A stretch of DNA of 64,000 nucleotides from Candidatus Staskawiczbacteria bacterium (GTDB taxonomy: Bacteria > Patescibacteriota > Minisyncoccia > Minisyncoccales > Staskawiczbacteraceae): NCBI GenBank assembly GCA_903835075.1, contig CAILLM010000004.1:80532-144531 (forward strand), in the 5' to 3' direction. The notes under the pieces are model-generated. The model ran no database searches and had not been told where the DNA came from. It saw only the letters and a program-made list of their open reading frames with translations. How positions within the stretch are numbered: position 1 is the stretch's first letter; each line of letters opens with the position of its first letter. Shown here piece by piece: positions 45,373-53,172 of this stretch. Position numbers and translations under genes: made by a program.

Positions 45373-47091
45373 ATGGAACAAGAAACCAAAATTTGTCAGA
45401 ACTGTAAGTCTCCTTTTGTCATAGAGCCTGATGATTTTGATTTCTACGAAAAAATGAAGGTGCCCGCTCCAACATTTTGTCCGCAATGCAGATTACAACG
45501 CAGATTTATGTGGAGGAATGAATGGAAATTGCTTAGAAAAAAAGATATTCATGGAAAAGAAATTTTCTCTATTTTCCATGAAGATTCACCAATCAAAATA
45601 ATGGATGTAGCTGAATGGTACTCTGATTCTTGGGATCCTCTAAGTTATGGCAAAGATTATGATTTTTCTAAACCATTTTTTGAACAATTTAGAGACCTAC
45701 TTCACCAGGTGCCAGCTATGTCTAGGTCCCTTAACAGGCCAGTAAATAGTGATTATTGCGCTAATGCAACTCAGCCAAAAGATTGTTATTTAACATTTGG
45801 TTTGTCATACGTAGAAAACTCAGCATATTCTATTTGGGGAAGTAGGGCTAAAGACATTTTTGATTGTCACATTTACAATGGGTCTGAGCTTTGCTATGAC
45901 AGTGTTAACATTACTAAATGTTACAGAACGTTGTATTCCATAGATTGTGAAGACTGCAATGATATAATGTTTTGCAAAAACTGTGTGGGTTGTAATAATT
46001 GTTTTGGTTGCATTAATTTAAAAAATAAATCTTACTATGTATTTAATCAGGCATATACTAAAGAAGAATATATAAAAAAAATAGAAGAATTGGGAACCAC
46101 TTCAAGAAATAATGTAGAAGAGCTCCGAGAAAAATGTGCAGAAAGTTGGATGAAATATCCAAATAAATTTATTCATGGCAGGCACAATGCAGAAGTTTCA
46201 GGAGATTATATTACTAATTCAAAAAATGCTAAAAATTGTTGGAGAATTGTTGAGGGTGAGAACCTTAAATACTGTCAAAATTTTACATTGGGGCCAGCTA
46301 AAGATTCTTATGACCATAGTAATTTTGGAGACAAAACAGAATTAGTTTATGATTCTCTTGTTGTGGGTGACGGGGCTTATAATATTGCATTTTCTTCGCA
46401 ATGTTACCCATCTAACTCTAATTTGCAGTATTGCTTTTTTTGTCAAAATTCTTCATATTTATTTGGATGTATTAGCTTACGTAATAAACAATACTGTATT
46501 TTCAATAAACAATACACCAAAGAAGAATATGAAGCATTGGTTCCTAAAATTATTGTACACATGAATGAAATGCCTTATGTTGATAAAAAAGGGTTGGTTT
46601 ATAAGTACGGCGAATTTTTCCCAATGGAAATAAGCCCATTAGCTTATAATGAAACTTCTGCTCATGAACATTTTCCATTAACAAAAGAAGAAGTAGAAAA
46701 AATGGGATTAGTTTGGAGAGATGTTTCAGAAAAGAATTTTAACGCAACTATTTTTGGTAATGATTTGCCCGATGACATAAAAAATGTTGACGAAAGTATT
46801 ACAAAAGAAGTTGTAGGTTGTGCCCATGAAGGAAAGTGTAACCATGAATGTGCGGGTGTTTTTAAAATTACTAAACAAGAATTGCAATTTTATAAATTGT
46901 TGAATATCCCATTGCCAAGAATATGTCAAAATTGCAGACATTATGCAAGATTTGCATGGCGTAACCCTGCCAAGCTTTGGCACAGAAGCTGTATGAAGGA
47001 AGGGTGCACCAATGAATTTGAAACTAGTTATTCTCCAGATCGCAAGGAAATAGTATATTGCGAGCAATGTTATCAGGAAGAAGTCGCATAA
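45373..47091 (+). CDS. Cys-rich protein of unknown function with terminal zinc ribbons (paralog A)
   Basis: N-terminal CQNC..F.I...DFDFYEKM.VPAP.FCPQCR and C-terminal F.ITKQELQFYKLLNIPLPRICQNCRH. The core holds about eight ~22-aa Cys-containing units arranged as two half-repeats. Confidence 0.7.
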   Translation: MEQETKICQNCKSPFVIEPDDFDFYEKMKVPAPTFCPQCRLQRRFMWRNEWKLLRKKDIHGKEIFSIFHEDSPIKIMDVAEWYSDSWDPLSYGKDYDFSKPFFEQFRDLLHQVPAMSRSLNRPVNSDYCANATQPKDCYLTFGLSYVENSAYSIWGSRAKDIFDCHIYNGSELCYDSVNITKCYRTLYSIDCEDCNDIMFCKNCVGCNNCFGCINLKNKSYYVFNQAYTKEEYIKKIEELGTTSRNNVEELREKCAESWMKYPNKFIHGRHNAEVSGDYITNSKNAKNCWRIVEGENLKYCQNFTLGPAKDSYDHSNFGDKTELVYDSLVVGDGAYNIAFSSQCYPSNSNLQYCFFCQNSSYLFGCISLRNKQYCIFNKQYTKEEYEALVPKIIVHMNEMPYVDKKGLVYKYGEFFPMEISPLAYNETSAHEHFPLTKEEVEKMGLVWRDVSEKNFNATIFGNDLPDDIKNVDESITKEVVGCAHEGKCNHECAGVFKITKQELQFYKLLNIPLPRICQNCRHYARFAWRNPAKLWHRSCMKEGCTNEFETSYSPDRKEIVYCEQCYQEEVA

Positions 47092-47101
47092 CGTAAGCCA
47101 C

Positions 47102-47154
47102 AACTTTTTTGCCACGTGGCAAAAAAGTTATCAGGTTGCCATATGGTAACCTGA
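47102..47154. repeat. Two adjacent long palindromes between the tandem paralogs
   Basis: aacttttttgccac|gtggcaaaaaagtt (47102-47129) is a perfect 14+14 palindrome with a CACGTG centre. tcaggttgccat|atggtaacctga (47131-47154) is 12+12 with one mismatch. Confidence 0.85.
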
Positions 47155-47170
47155 AGAAAATGAAATTTTT

Positions 47171-48892
47171 ATGAATCAAGAAACAAAACAATGTCAGAAT
47201 TGTAAACAAGGCTTTGTAATTGAGCTAGAAGATTTTGATTTTTATGAAAAAATGACGGTACCTGCTCCAACATGGTGTCCGTCTTGTAGAGCTAAACGGA
47301 GGTTGGCGGCGAGAGATTTTCGTGTGCTATATAAAAGAAAGAGCGACTGGTCGGGTAATGAGATTTTTTCTATTTTTTCTGAGGAATCACCTTACAAGGT
47401 CTATGAGGTGGAGGTGTGGCAATCAGACAAGTGGGATCCTATGGAATATGGACAAGAATATGATTTTAAAAAAACATTTTTTGAACAATATAGGGAATTG
47501 ACGCTTAAAGTCCCTCAGCCAAGCACAACAAATTGGGATTCAGTGAATAGCGATTATTGCACCGGTGCGGCTGGGCTTAAAAATTGTTATCTTACTTTTG
47601 TAGCCACGCACAATGAGGATTGTATGTATTGTGCGCTAATTAATGATACTAAAAATTCAATTGACACTACGCGAACAGAGTCTTCAGAATTTTGTTATGA
47701 ATCGTTTGGCGTTATTAAGTCATCTAAGGTTTTTTTCTCTTCTGATTGTGAGGAATGTGTTGATGTTTGGTTTTCAAAAAATCTTCAAGGATGCATGAAT
47801 TGCATTGGTTGTGTAAACTTACGAAATAAGCAATATTATATTTTTAATCAATCTTATTCTAAAGAGGAATATAAAAAGAAATTTCTGGAGTTTGATTTCG
47901 GTTCAGTCAAAAATTTAGAAAATTTTAAAACAAAAACTGAAGAATTATTTGCTAAAAATATTGTTCGATATGCGCACGGAAAGCATAATTTTAATGTCTC
48001 GGGAGAATATATTAATAATTCTAAAAATGTTCGTAATTCTTTTTATGTTAATAACGGCGAAGATTGCAAATATGTTCAATATTTATTTACTCCTTCGAGT
48101 AAAGATTGTATGGATTTCTCTCTTTGGGGCGATAACGCCGAACTTATTTATGAGGTATCAAGTTGCGGAGAAAATTCTTCACAAATTAAGTTAAGTTATA
48201 GAACATATCGTGGTTCTCATAATTGTACGTATTGTATGCAGTGCGCATCGTCGTCATATCTTTTCGGTTGCGTTGGTTTGCAAAAAAAGCAATATTGTAT
48301 TTTTAACAAACAATATACCAAAGAAGAATATGAAGCCTTGGTGCCTAAAATCATTGAGCATATGGATGAAATGCCTTATGTTGATAAAAAAGGAAGAGTC
48401 TATAAATATGGCGAATTTTTTCCACCCGAGCATTCTCTTTTTTCTTATAATGAAACACTGGTTTTCAGCGATTTTCCAATGACAAAAGAAGAAGCGTTGT
48501 CAGAGGGATATACATGGAAAGAGCCAGATCAAAAAAAATATAAAATTACAATTGAATCTAAATTAATTCCAGATCATATCAAAGATGTAGGGGACGAAAT
48601 CATTAGTGAAACAGTTGAATGTGCACATAAAGGGCAGTGCCATTGTAAATGCACAAGTGCTTTTAAAATAACAAAACAAGAACTTGATTTTTATAGAGCA
48701 AATAATATTCCTATACCAAGATTGTGCCATAATTGTAGGCACGTGTTGCGTGTAAAAAATCAAAGCCCAATGAAATTGTGGCACAGGCATTGTATGAAAG
48801 ATGGGTGTAATAATGAATTTGAGACTAGTTATTCCCCAGACCGTAAAGAAATAGTTTATTGCGAAAGTTGTTACAATAACGAAGTTGCATAA
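47171..48892 (+). CDS. Cys-rich protein of unknown function with terminal zinc ribbons (paralog B)
   Basis: Collinear with 45373..47091 over its full length. The block KQYCIFNKQYTKEEYEALVPKII.HM.EMPYVDKKG.VYKYGEFFP and the tail FETSYSPDRKEIVYCE.CY are near-identical. Confidence 0.7.
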   Translation: MNQETKQCQNCKQGFVIELEDFDFYEKMTVPAPTWCPSCRAKRRLAARDFRVLYKRKSDWSGNEIFSIFSEESPYKVYEVEVWQSDKWDPMEYGQEYDFKKTFFEQYRELTLKVPQPSTTNWDSVNSDYCTGAAGLKNCYLTFVATHNEDCMYCALINDTKNSIDTTRTESSEFCYESFGVIKSSKVFFSSDCEECVDVWFSKNLQGCMNCIGCVNLRNKQYYIFNQSYSKEEYKKKFLEFDFGSVKNLENFKTKTEELFAKNIVRYAHGKHNFNVSGEYINNSKNVRNSFYVNNGEDCKYVQYLFTPSSKDCMDFSLWGDNAELIYEVSSCGENSSQIKLSYRTYRGSHNCTYCMQCASSSYLFGCVGLQKKQYCIFNKQYTKEEYEALVPKIIEHMDEMPYVDKKGRVYKYGEFFPPEHSLFSYNETLVFSDFPMTKEEALSEGYTWKEPDQKKYKITIESKLIPDHIKDVGDEIISETVECAHKGQCHCKCTSAFKITKQELDFYRANNIPIPRLCHNCRHVLRVKNQSPMKLWHRHCMKDGCNNEFETSYSPDRKEIVYCESCYNNEVA

Positions 48893-48909
48893 AATAATTT
48901 AAAAATAAT

Positions 48910-50040
48910 ATGGCAAACAATTTAGTATTATACAGAAAATATAGACCGCAGACATTTGAAGAAGTGGTTGGGCAAGAGCATGTTGTCCAAACTTTAACCA
49001 ATTCAATAAAAGCAAATAATATTTCACATGCATATTTGCTTTGTGGGCCAAGGGGAAGCGGAAAAACAACTATTGCTAGGTTATTTGCCAAAGCAATTAA
49101 TTGCCTCGCCCGCAAGGCTACGGCCGAGGGTGAAAAACCGCAAAGCTTTGAACCATGTAATAAGTGTGACTCATGCTTAGAAATTATGGCTTCAAGGTCT
49201 ATGGATTTAGTTGAAATTGATGCTGCATCTCACACAGGAGTGGATGACGTAAGGCAATTAATTGAAGGCATAAAATTTGCTCCAGTAAAATCAAAATATA
49301 AAATATTTATTATTGACGAATGTCACCAGCTTTCTAAATCAGCATCTAATGCTTTGCTAAAAACGTTAGAAGAGCCACCAGCTCACGCAATTTTTATTTT
49401 GGCCACAACAGAAGTTCACAAAATGTTGCCTACAATTTTATCTAGGTGTCAAAAGTTTGATTTTAAAAGATTGCAAGTTCCTGAAATTATAAAAAAGTTG
49501 CAGTTTATTTCAAAAAAAGAAAACGTGAAGTTTGATGAATCTGCTTTGTCTTTGATTGCTTTGAATTCGCGAGGCTCGTTTCGTGACGCAGAATCTTTAA
49601 TGGATGAATGCTTAAGTTTTTCTGGCAATAACGGCACAATAAAAACAGAAGACATAAAAGAATTATTGGGAATTGTTGAGGTTGCTGAAATTTCAAAATT
49701 TGTAGATTTCTTGGTTTCTAAAAATACAAAAAATGCAATTGAGTTTTTGAATTCTATTATAGATGCAGGGGTTGATTTACAGGAATTTACAAAAACTTTA
49801 GTTTTTTATTTAAGGCAGGAATTACTTTTAAAAATTGATTCAAACTTTTTAAACTTACAAAATTCTGGTCTTTCTAATCAGGAATTGGAAAAAATGAAAG
49901 AGCAAATAGCCAGCTTATCTCAAAAAGATTTGCAAAATATGTTGGAATTATTTATTGAAGCGGAGAATAAAATAAAATATTCAGCTATTGCTCAACTGCC
50001 ATTAGAGTTGGCGGTTGTCACCCTAACTCAAAAAGATTAG
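48910..50040 (+). CDS. dnaX: DNA polymerase III subunit gamma/tau (short form, domains I-III)
   Basis: YRPQTFEEVVGQEHV, Walker A GPRGSGKTT, zinc module C...C..C..C, DECHQLS, and SRCQKFDF. Confidence 0.92.
   Translation: MANNLVLYRKYRPQTFEEVVGQEHVVQTLTNSIKANNISHAYLLCGPRGSGKTTIARLFAKAINCLARKATAEGEKPQSFEPCNKCDSCLEIMASRSMDLVEIDAASHTGVDDVRQLIEGIKFAPVKSKYKIFIIDECHQLSKSASNALLKTLEEPPAHAIFILATTEVHKMLPTILSRCQKFDFKRLQVPEIIKKLQFISKKENVKFDESALSLIALNSRGSFRDAESLMDECLSFSGNNGTIKTEDIKELLGIVEVAEISKFVDFLVSKNTKNAIEFLNSIIDAGVDLQEFTKTLVFYLRQELLLKIDSNFLNLQNSGLSNQELEKMKEQIASLSQKDLQNMLELFIEAENKIKYSAIAQLPLELAVVTLTQKD
49103..49130 (+). repeat. GC-rich hairpin mini-insert inside the dnaX zinc-module loop (encodes LARKATAEGE)
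   Basis: gcctcgcccgcaaggctacggccgaggg. Stem cctcg.ccg/cgg.cgagg (one mismatch) with loop caaggcta. Confidence 0.5.
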
Positions 50041-50106
50041 TTATCCACATACTTGCGTGCTGTAAAAAGGTTATAATAATAGAATAGTATTTATCTATTC
50101 AAAACT

Positions 50107-51810
50107 ATGCCCGAACAACAATTATTAGATTACATAAAAAAAGCAAAAGATGCTGGTCAATCAGATGAGCAAACGCGTAGTTTGTTGTATAAAAATGGCT
50201 GGACAGAGGTCGAAGTTAGAGAGGCATTTTTGGCGTTAACTCCAGCTCAACCTCAACCTGAGCCACAACCACAAATTCAATCTCAAAATCAAACAGAAAT
50301 TCAGCCCCAGCCCGCTCAGCAGAAAAAGGATGATTTAAGCGTGATTTCAGATACTATCAAAGAAATAGATAAATTAGATAGTAAGCCACAACCAGAATCT
50401 CAGCCCGAGCCTGTATCTCAAATACAATCACAAAAATTTCAGGCACAACCTATTGCAACTGTTTCTATGCCCAATGCTATGCCTGAAATGAGAAAAAAGT
50501 CTCATGCAATTTTAAAAACATTAATAGTTTTGATTATTTTGGTTGTGCTTGGTGGTGCGGGGTATTTTGTAGCAGGTCAATATGTTAATCTTCCATGGAA
50601 CCCTTTTACGCCAAATCCTCAGACAGTTGTTGCTAAAATGTTAACAAATATGGGAAAAGTTAAGACTTCTCATGTAGTGACTCAGCTAGAGGTTAGTTCT
50701 ACAGATAACTCTAACAAAACTCCTCAAGGAAAAATGAATTTAAGTGCAGATAGCTCAATAGATATGTCTGATGCTAGAAATCAAAAATCTAACATAAGTA
50801 TTAAATTTGATTTAACATCACAAGCGTCAGCTTCTTCTATCGCTTCAATAGACGCGAATGCAACATCAGTTGGGGAAACAACTTATTTAAAAATGAATAG
50901 TGTGTCTCTCCCAAATAATGTTTCTTATTCTGGGTTTGATATTTCACAAATTAATGGAAGGTGGTTCAAGGCCGATCAAGATTCCTATAATGCAATTTAT
51001 CAAGCTGAAAACGGTCAGTCTGCGTTGGCAATAACAGATATTTCGTCTAAAAATAATTCAGATTTAGTAAAAAAATTTAGTGATTTATTTTTAGCAGATA
51101 AATTATTTTCTAATATAAAACAATTAAATATAGAAACCATAGGTGGCCAAGACACATATCATTATTCTGCAACAATTGCAAAAGATAAATTAAAAGATTT
51201 GTTATTAAAAATAACAACGTTAAGTACATCACAAGATATTCTACAGTCTATGGTTGGCTCTATTGCAGATTCTATTGGAGACGTGAATGTGGAAATGTGG
51301 ATTGGAAAAAAAGATTATTTGCTTTATCAATATAAAGTTAATAAGACAATTAATCTAAATGATTCATTGTTAAGCAACACATCCTTAGGCTTGGCTATAA
51401 AATTAAATGTCACTAACTCTAATTTTAACCAACCAATAACAGTGCATGCACCAGAAGGAGCACAAAAAATAGAAGAAGTTATTTTGCCAATGATAAAGAC
51501 CCAAAAAGTAGCTTCCAATTTAAGCCGAGTATCAATTGAAGCAGAATCGCTGTTTGATGTTAATAAAAATTATTATCTATTGTGTAAAAACGGATTTTTA
51601 AATGGTTCTAAAATAACGCCCTATGGTCAAACATTTATAAGTGTTGCAAATGGTGTTTTGAAATTAGGTGCAAAAAATCCAAAATGTTTTGCTAATAACA
51701 CTGGTTATTGTGTATCAACCCAATTATCTGACGGAACATATTTGTGCGTGGGCAGTGGGGCAACTGTTGGAACAGTGAATTGCATTTCTGCGCAAACTAT
51801 TTGTAAGTAA
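50107..51810 (+). CDS. Single-pass membrane protein with a large extracytosolic domain, unknown function
   Basis: Cytoplasmic helical N-terminus (QQLLDYIKKAKDAGQSDEQTRSLLYKNGW), a PQPE low-complexity linker, one TM helix, then about 410 aa outside with C-terminal Cys pairs. Confidence 0.6.
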   Translation: MPEQQLLDYIKKAKDAGQSDEQTRSLLYKNGWTEVEVREAFLALTPAQPQPEPQPQIQSQNQTEIQPQPAQQKKDDLSVISDTIKEIDKLDSKPQPESQPEPVSQIQSQKFQAQPIATVSMPNAMPEMRKKSHAILKTLIVLIILVVLGGAGYFVAGQYVNLPWNPFTPNPQTVVAKMLTNMGKVKTSHVVTQLEVSSTDNSNKTPQGKMNLSADSSIDMSDARNQKSNISIKFDLTSQASASSIASIDANATSVGETTYLKMNSVSLPNNVSYSGFDISQINGRWFKADQDSYNAIYQAENGQSALAITDISSKNNSDLVKKFSDLFLADKLFSNIKQLNIETIGGQDTYHYSATIAKDKLKDLLLKITTLSTSQDILQSMVGSIADSIGDVNVEMWIGKKDYLLYQYKVNKTINLNDSLLSNTSLGLAIKLNVTNSNFNQPITVHAPEGAQKIEEVILPMIKTQKVASNLSRVSIEAESLFDVNKNYYLLCKNGFLNGSKITPYGQTFISVANGVLKLGAKNPKCFANNTGYCVSTQLSDGTYLCVGSGATVGTVNCISAQTICK

Positions 51811-51820
51811 AATTTATATT

Positions 51821-51848
51821 AAAAGCCCTTCGCGTAAAGAGGGCTTTT
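51821..51848 (+). terminator. Rho-independent terminator
   Basis: aaaagccct-tcgcgtaaag-agggctttt. Confidence 0.7.
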
Positions 51849-51916
51849 ATTGTGCGACAGTTTTGATATTGAAAAAAATTGCAAAAAGTGTTATTATTTT
51901 AAAATATTGTAGTCAT

Positions 51917-51987
51917 TGCGGGATCGTCTAATGGTAGGACACGGCCCTTTGAAGGCTGGTATCTAGGTTCGAGTCCTAGTCCCGCAG
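51917..51987 (+). tRNA. tRNA-Gln (anticodon UUG)
   Basis: Hand-folded. Acceptor TGCGGGA/TCCCGCA (the U1-A72 pair is typical of bacterial tRNA-Gln), D arm GTCT-AATGGTA-GGAC, anticodon loop CT-TTG-AA, T arm CTAGG-TTCGAGT-CCTAG. Confidence 0.9.
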
Positions 51988-52092
51988 CAGTGATATTACA
52001 CGCCGAGTAACTGAGTCGTCCCGACTATTTTAGTAAAAAGTTCGAAATATAATTCCCGTATGGGAATGAGTCTCGAACAATACCAAGCAGAT

Positions 52093-52119
52093 AAAAAATC
52101 GCCAAACAGGCGATTTTTT
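52093..52119. terminator. Bidirectional terminator-like hairpin between tRNA-Gln and the SIR2 gene
   Basis: aaaaaatcgcc-aaaca-ggcgatttttt. Confidence 0.7.
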
Positions 52120-52155
52120 GGTAAAATGCATTATTGTAAAATAATTTATTAATAT

Positions 52156-53172
52156 ATGCCATTAATTACCAAAAAGAATATTTTATTAACTGGCGCTGGT
52201 TTCAGTGCTAACTTCGGCGGTTTATTATCTAGGGAAATGTGGTCAAAAATACTAAGCAATCCAAAAATGGATCAGTTGCCACAAATAAGAGAAATACTAA
52301 GAAAGGATTTCGATTTTGAGTCAGTGTACTCAAATGTCAAAAAAAATGTATCAATCAGTAAGGACGATAAGAATTTATTTCAAAAGATTGTTTTTGAAAG
52401 CTATTCTAGCATGGACGATGCTTTAAAAAATTATCGCATTGGTGGTTTCCCAAAATCAGGTTTTTATATAGGTAATGTTACCAAATTGTTGGGTGAATTT
52501 TCTGGATTGGGAGGAGAGGTTGGTGCTCATTTTACACTTAATCAAGATTTATTAGTTGAAAGAGAAACACAAATAATACCCCTTGGTCTCTCTACGCCAC
52601 AAAATTCAACTTATCGGAATGACATAAATTCAAAGCAGATTGATTTTACTAAGCAGGTGGTATTGCCCGATGATCAGTCGCTAGAAGAATTTAAATCTAA
52701 ATACCTACCTTCTAACGGTAGCTATTGTTATATAAAATTGCACGGCTCGCTTGGATGGTTATCACACTATGGGCACCAGCAATTAATCTTAGGCACAAAT
52801 AAAATAGAAGACATTAAAAAAGAGCCTTTGCTTAATTGGTATTTCGATATTTTCAAAGACGCCCTTTCGCAGAATGGAGTCAAACTATTTGTGCTCGGTT
52901 ATAGTTTCCGTGATGAGCATGTAAACGAGATAATTATAGATGCAATAGAAAAAAATCATATACAAATTTATATAATTTCACCAGAAGATCCCGAGGGATT
53001 TAAAGACAGAATGGAGGGCAAAATTTTATATGGATCTTACGAGATAAAAAATACAATAAAAATATGGAATGCCGTAGATGGTTATTTCCCATATCGGTTA
53101 AGTGAGATTTTTCCTTCTAATCAAATGGATACAGCCGTAGCTCAAGATATAAAAAAAGCTATGAATAAATAA
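52156..53172 (+). CDS. SIR2-like (SIR2_2 type) NAD-binding domain protein
   Basis: N-terminal NILLTGAGFSANFGG (GAGxS NAD loop) and YIKLHGSLGW (catalytic-His context). 338 aa with no other domain. Confidence 0.7.
   Translation: MPLITKKNILLTGAGFSANFGGLLSREMWSKILSNPKMDQLPQIREILRKDFDFESVYSNVKKNVSISKDDKNLFQKIVFESYSSMDDALKNYRIGGFPKSGFYIGNVTKLLGEFSGLGGEVGAHFTLNQDLLVERETQIIPLGLSTPQNSTYRNDINSKQIDFTKQVVLPDDQSLEEFKSKYLPSNGSYCYIKLHGSLGWLSHYGHQQLILGTNKIEDIKKEPLLNWYFDIFKDALSQNGVKLFVLGYSFRDEHVNEIIIDAIEKNHIQIYIISPEDPEGFKDRMEGKILYGSYEIKNTIKIWNAVDGYFPYRLSEIFPSNQMDTAVAQDIKKAMNK

Noticed and set aside
49510-49535. An A-run (tca aaa aaa gaa, A7 at 49512-49518) in dnaX that resembles the E. coli A-AAA-AAG -1 frameshift site. 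The -1 frame would stop at TGA 49533-49535.
   Set aside because: The site is at codon ~201, inside the AAA+ module, so the product would lack domain III. I see no stable downstream hairpin. A-runs are common in this AT-rich genome. Not formally excluded.
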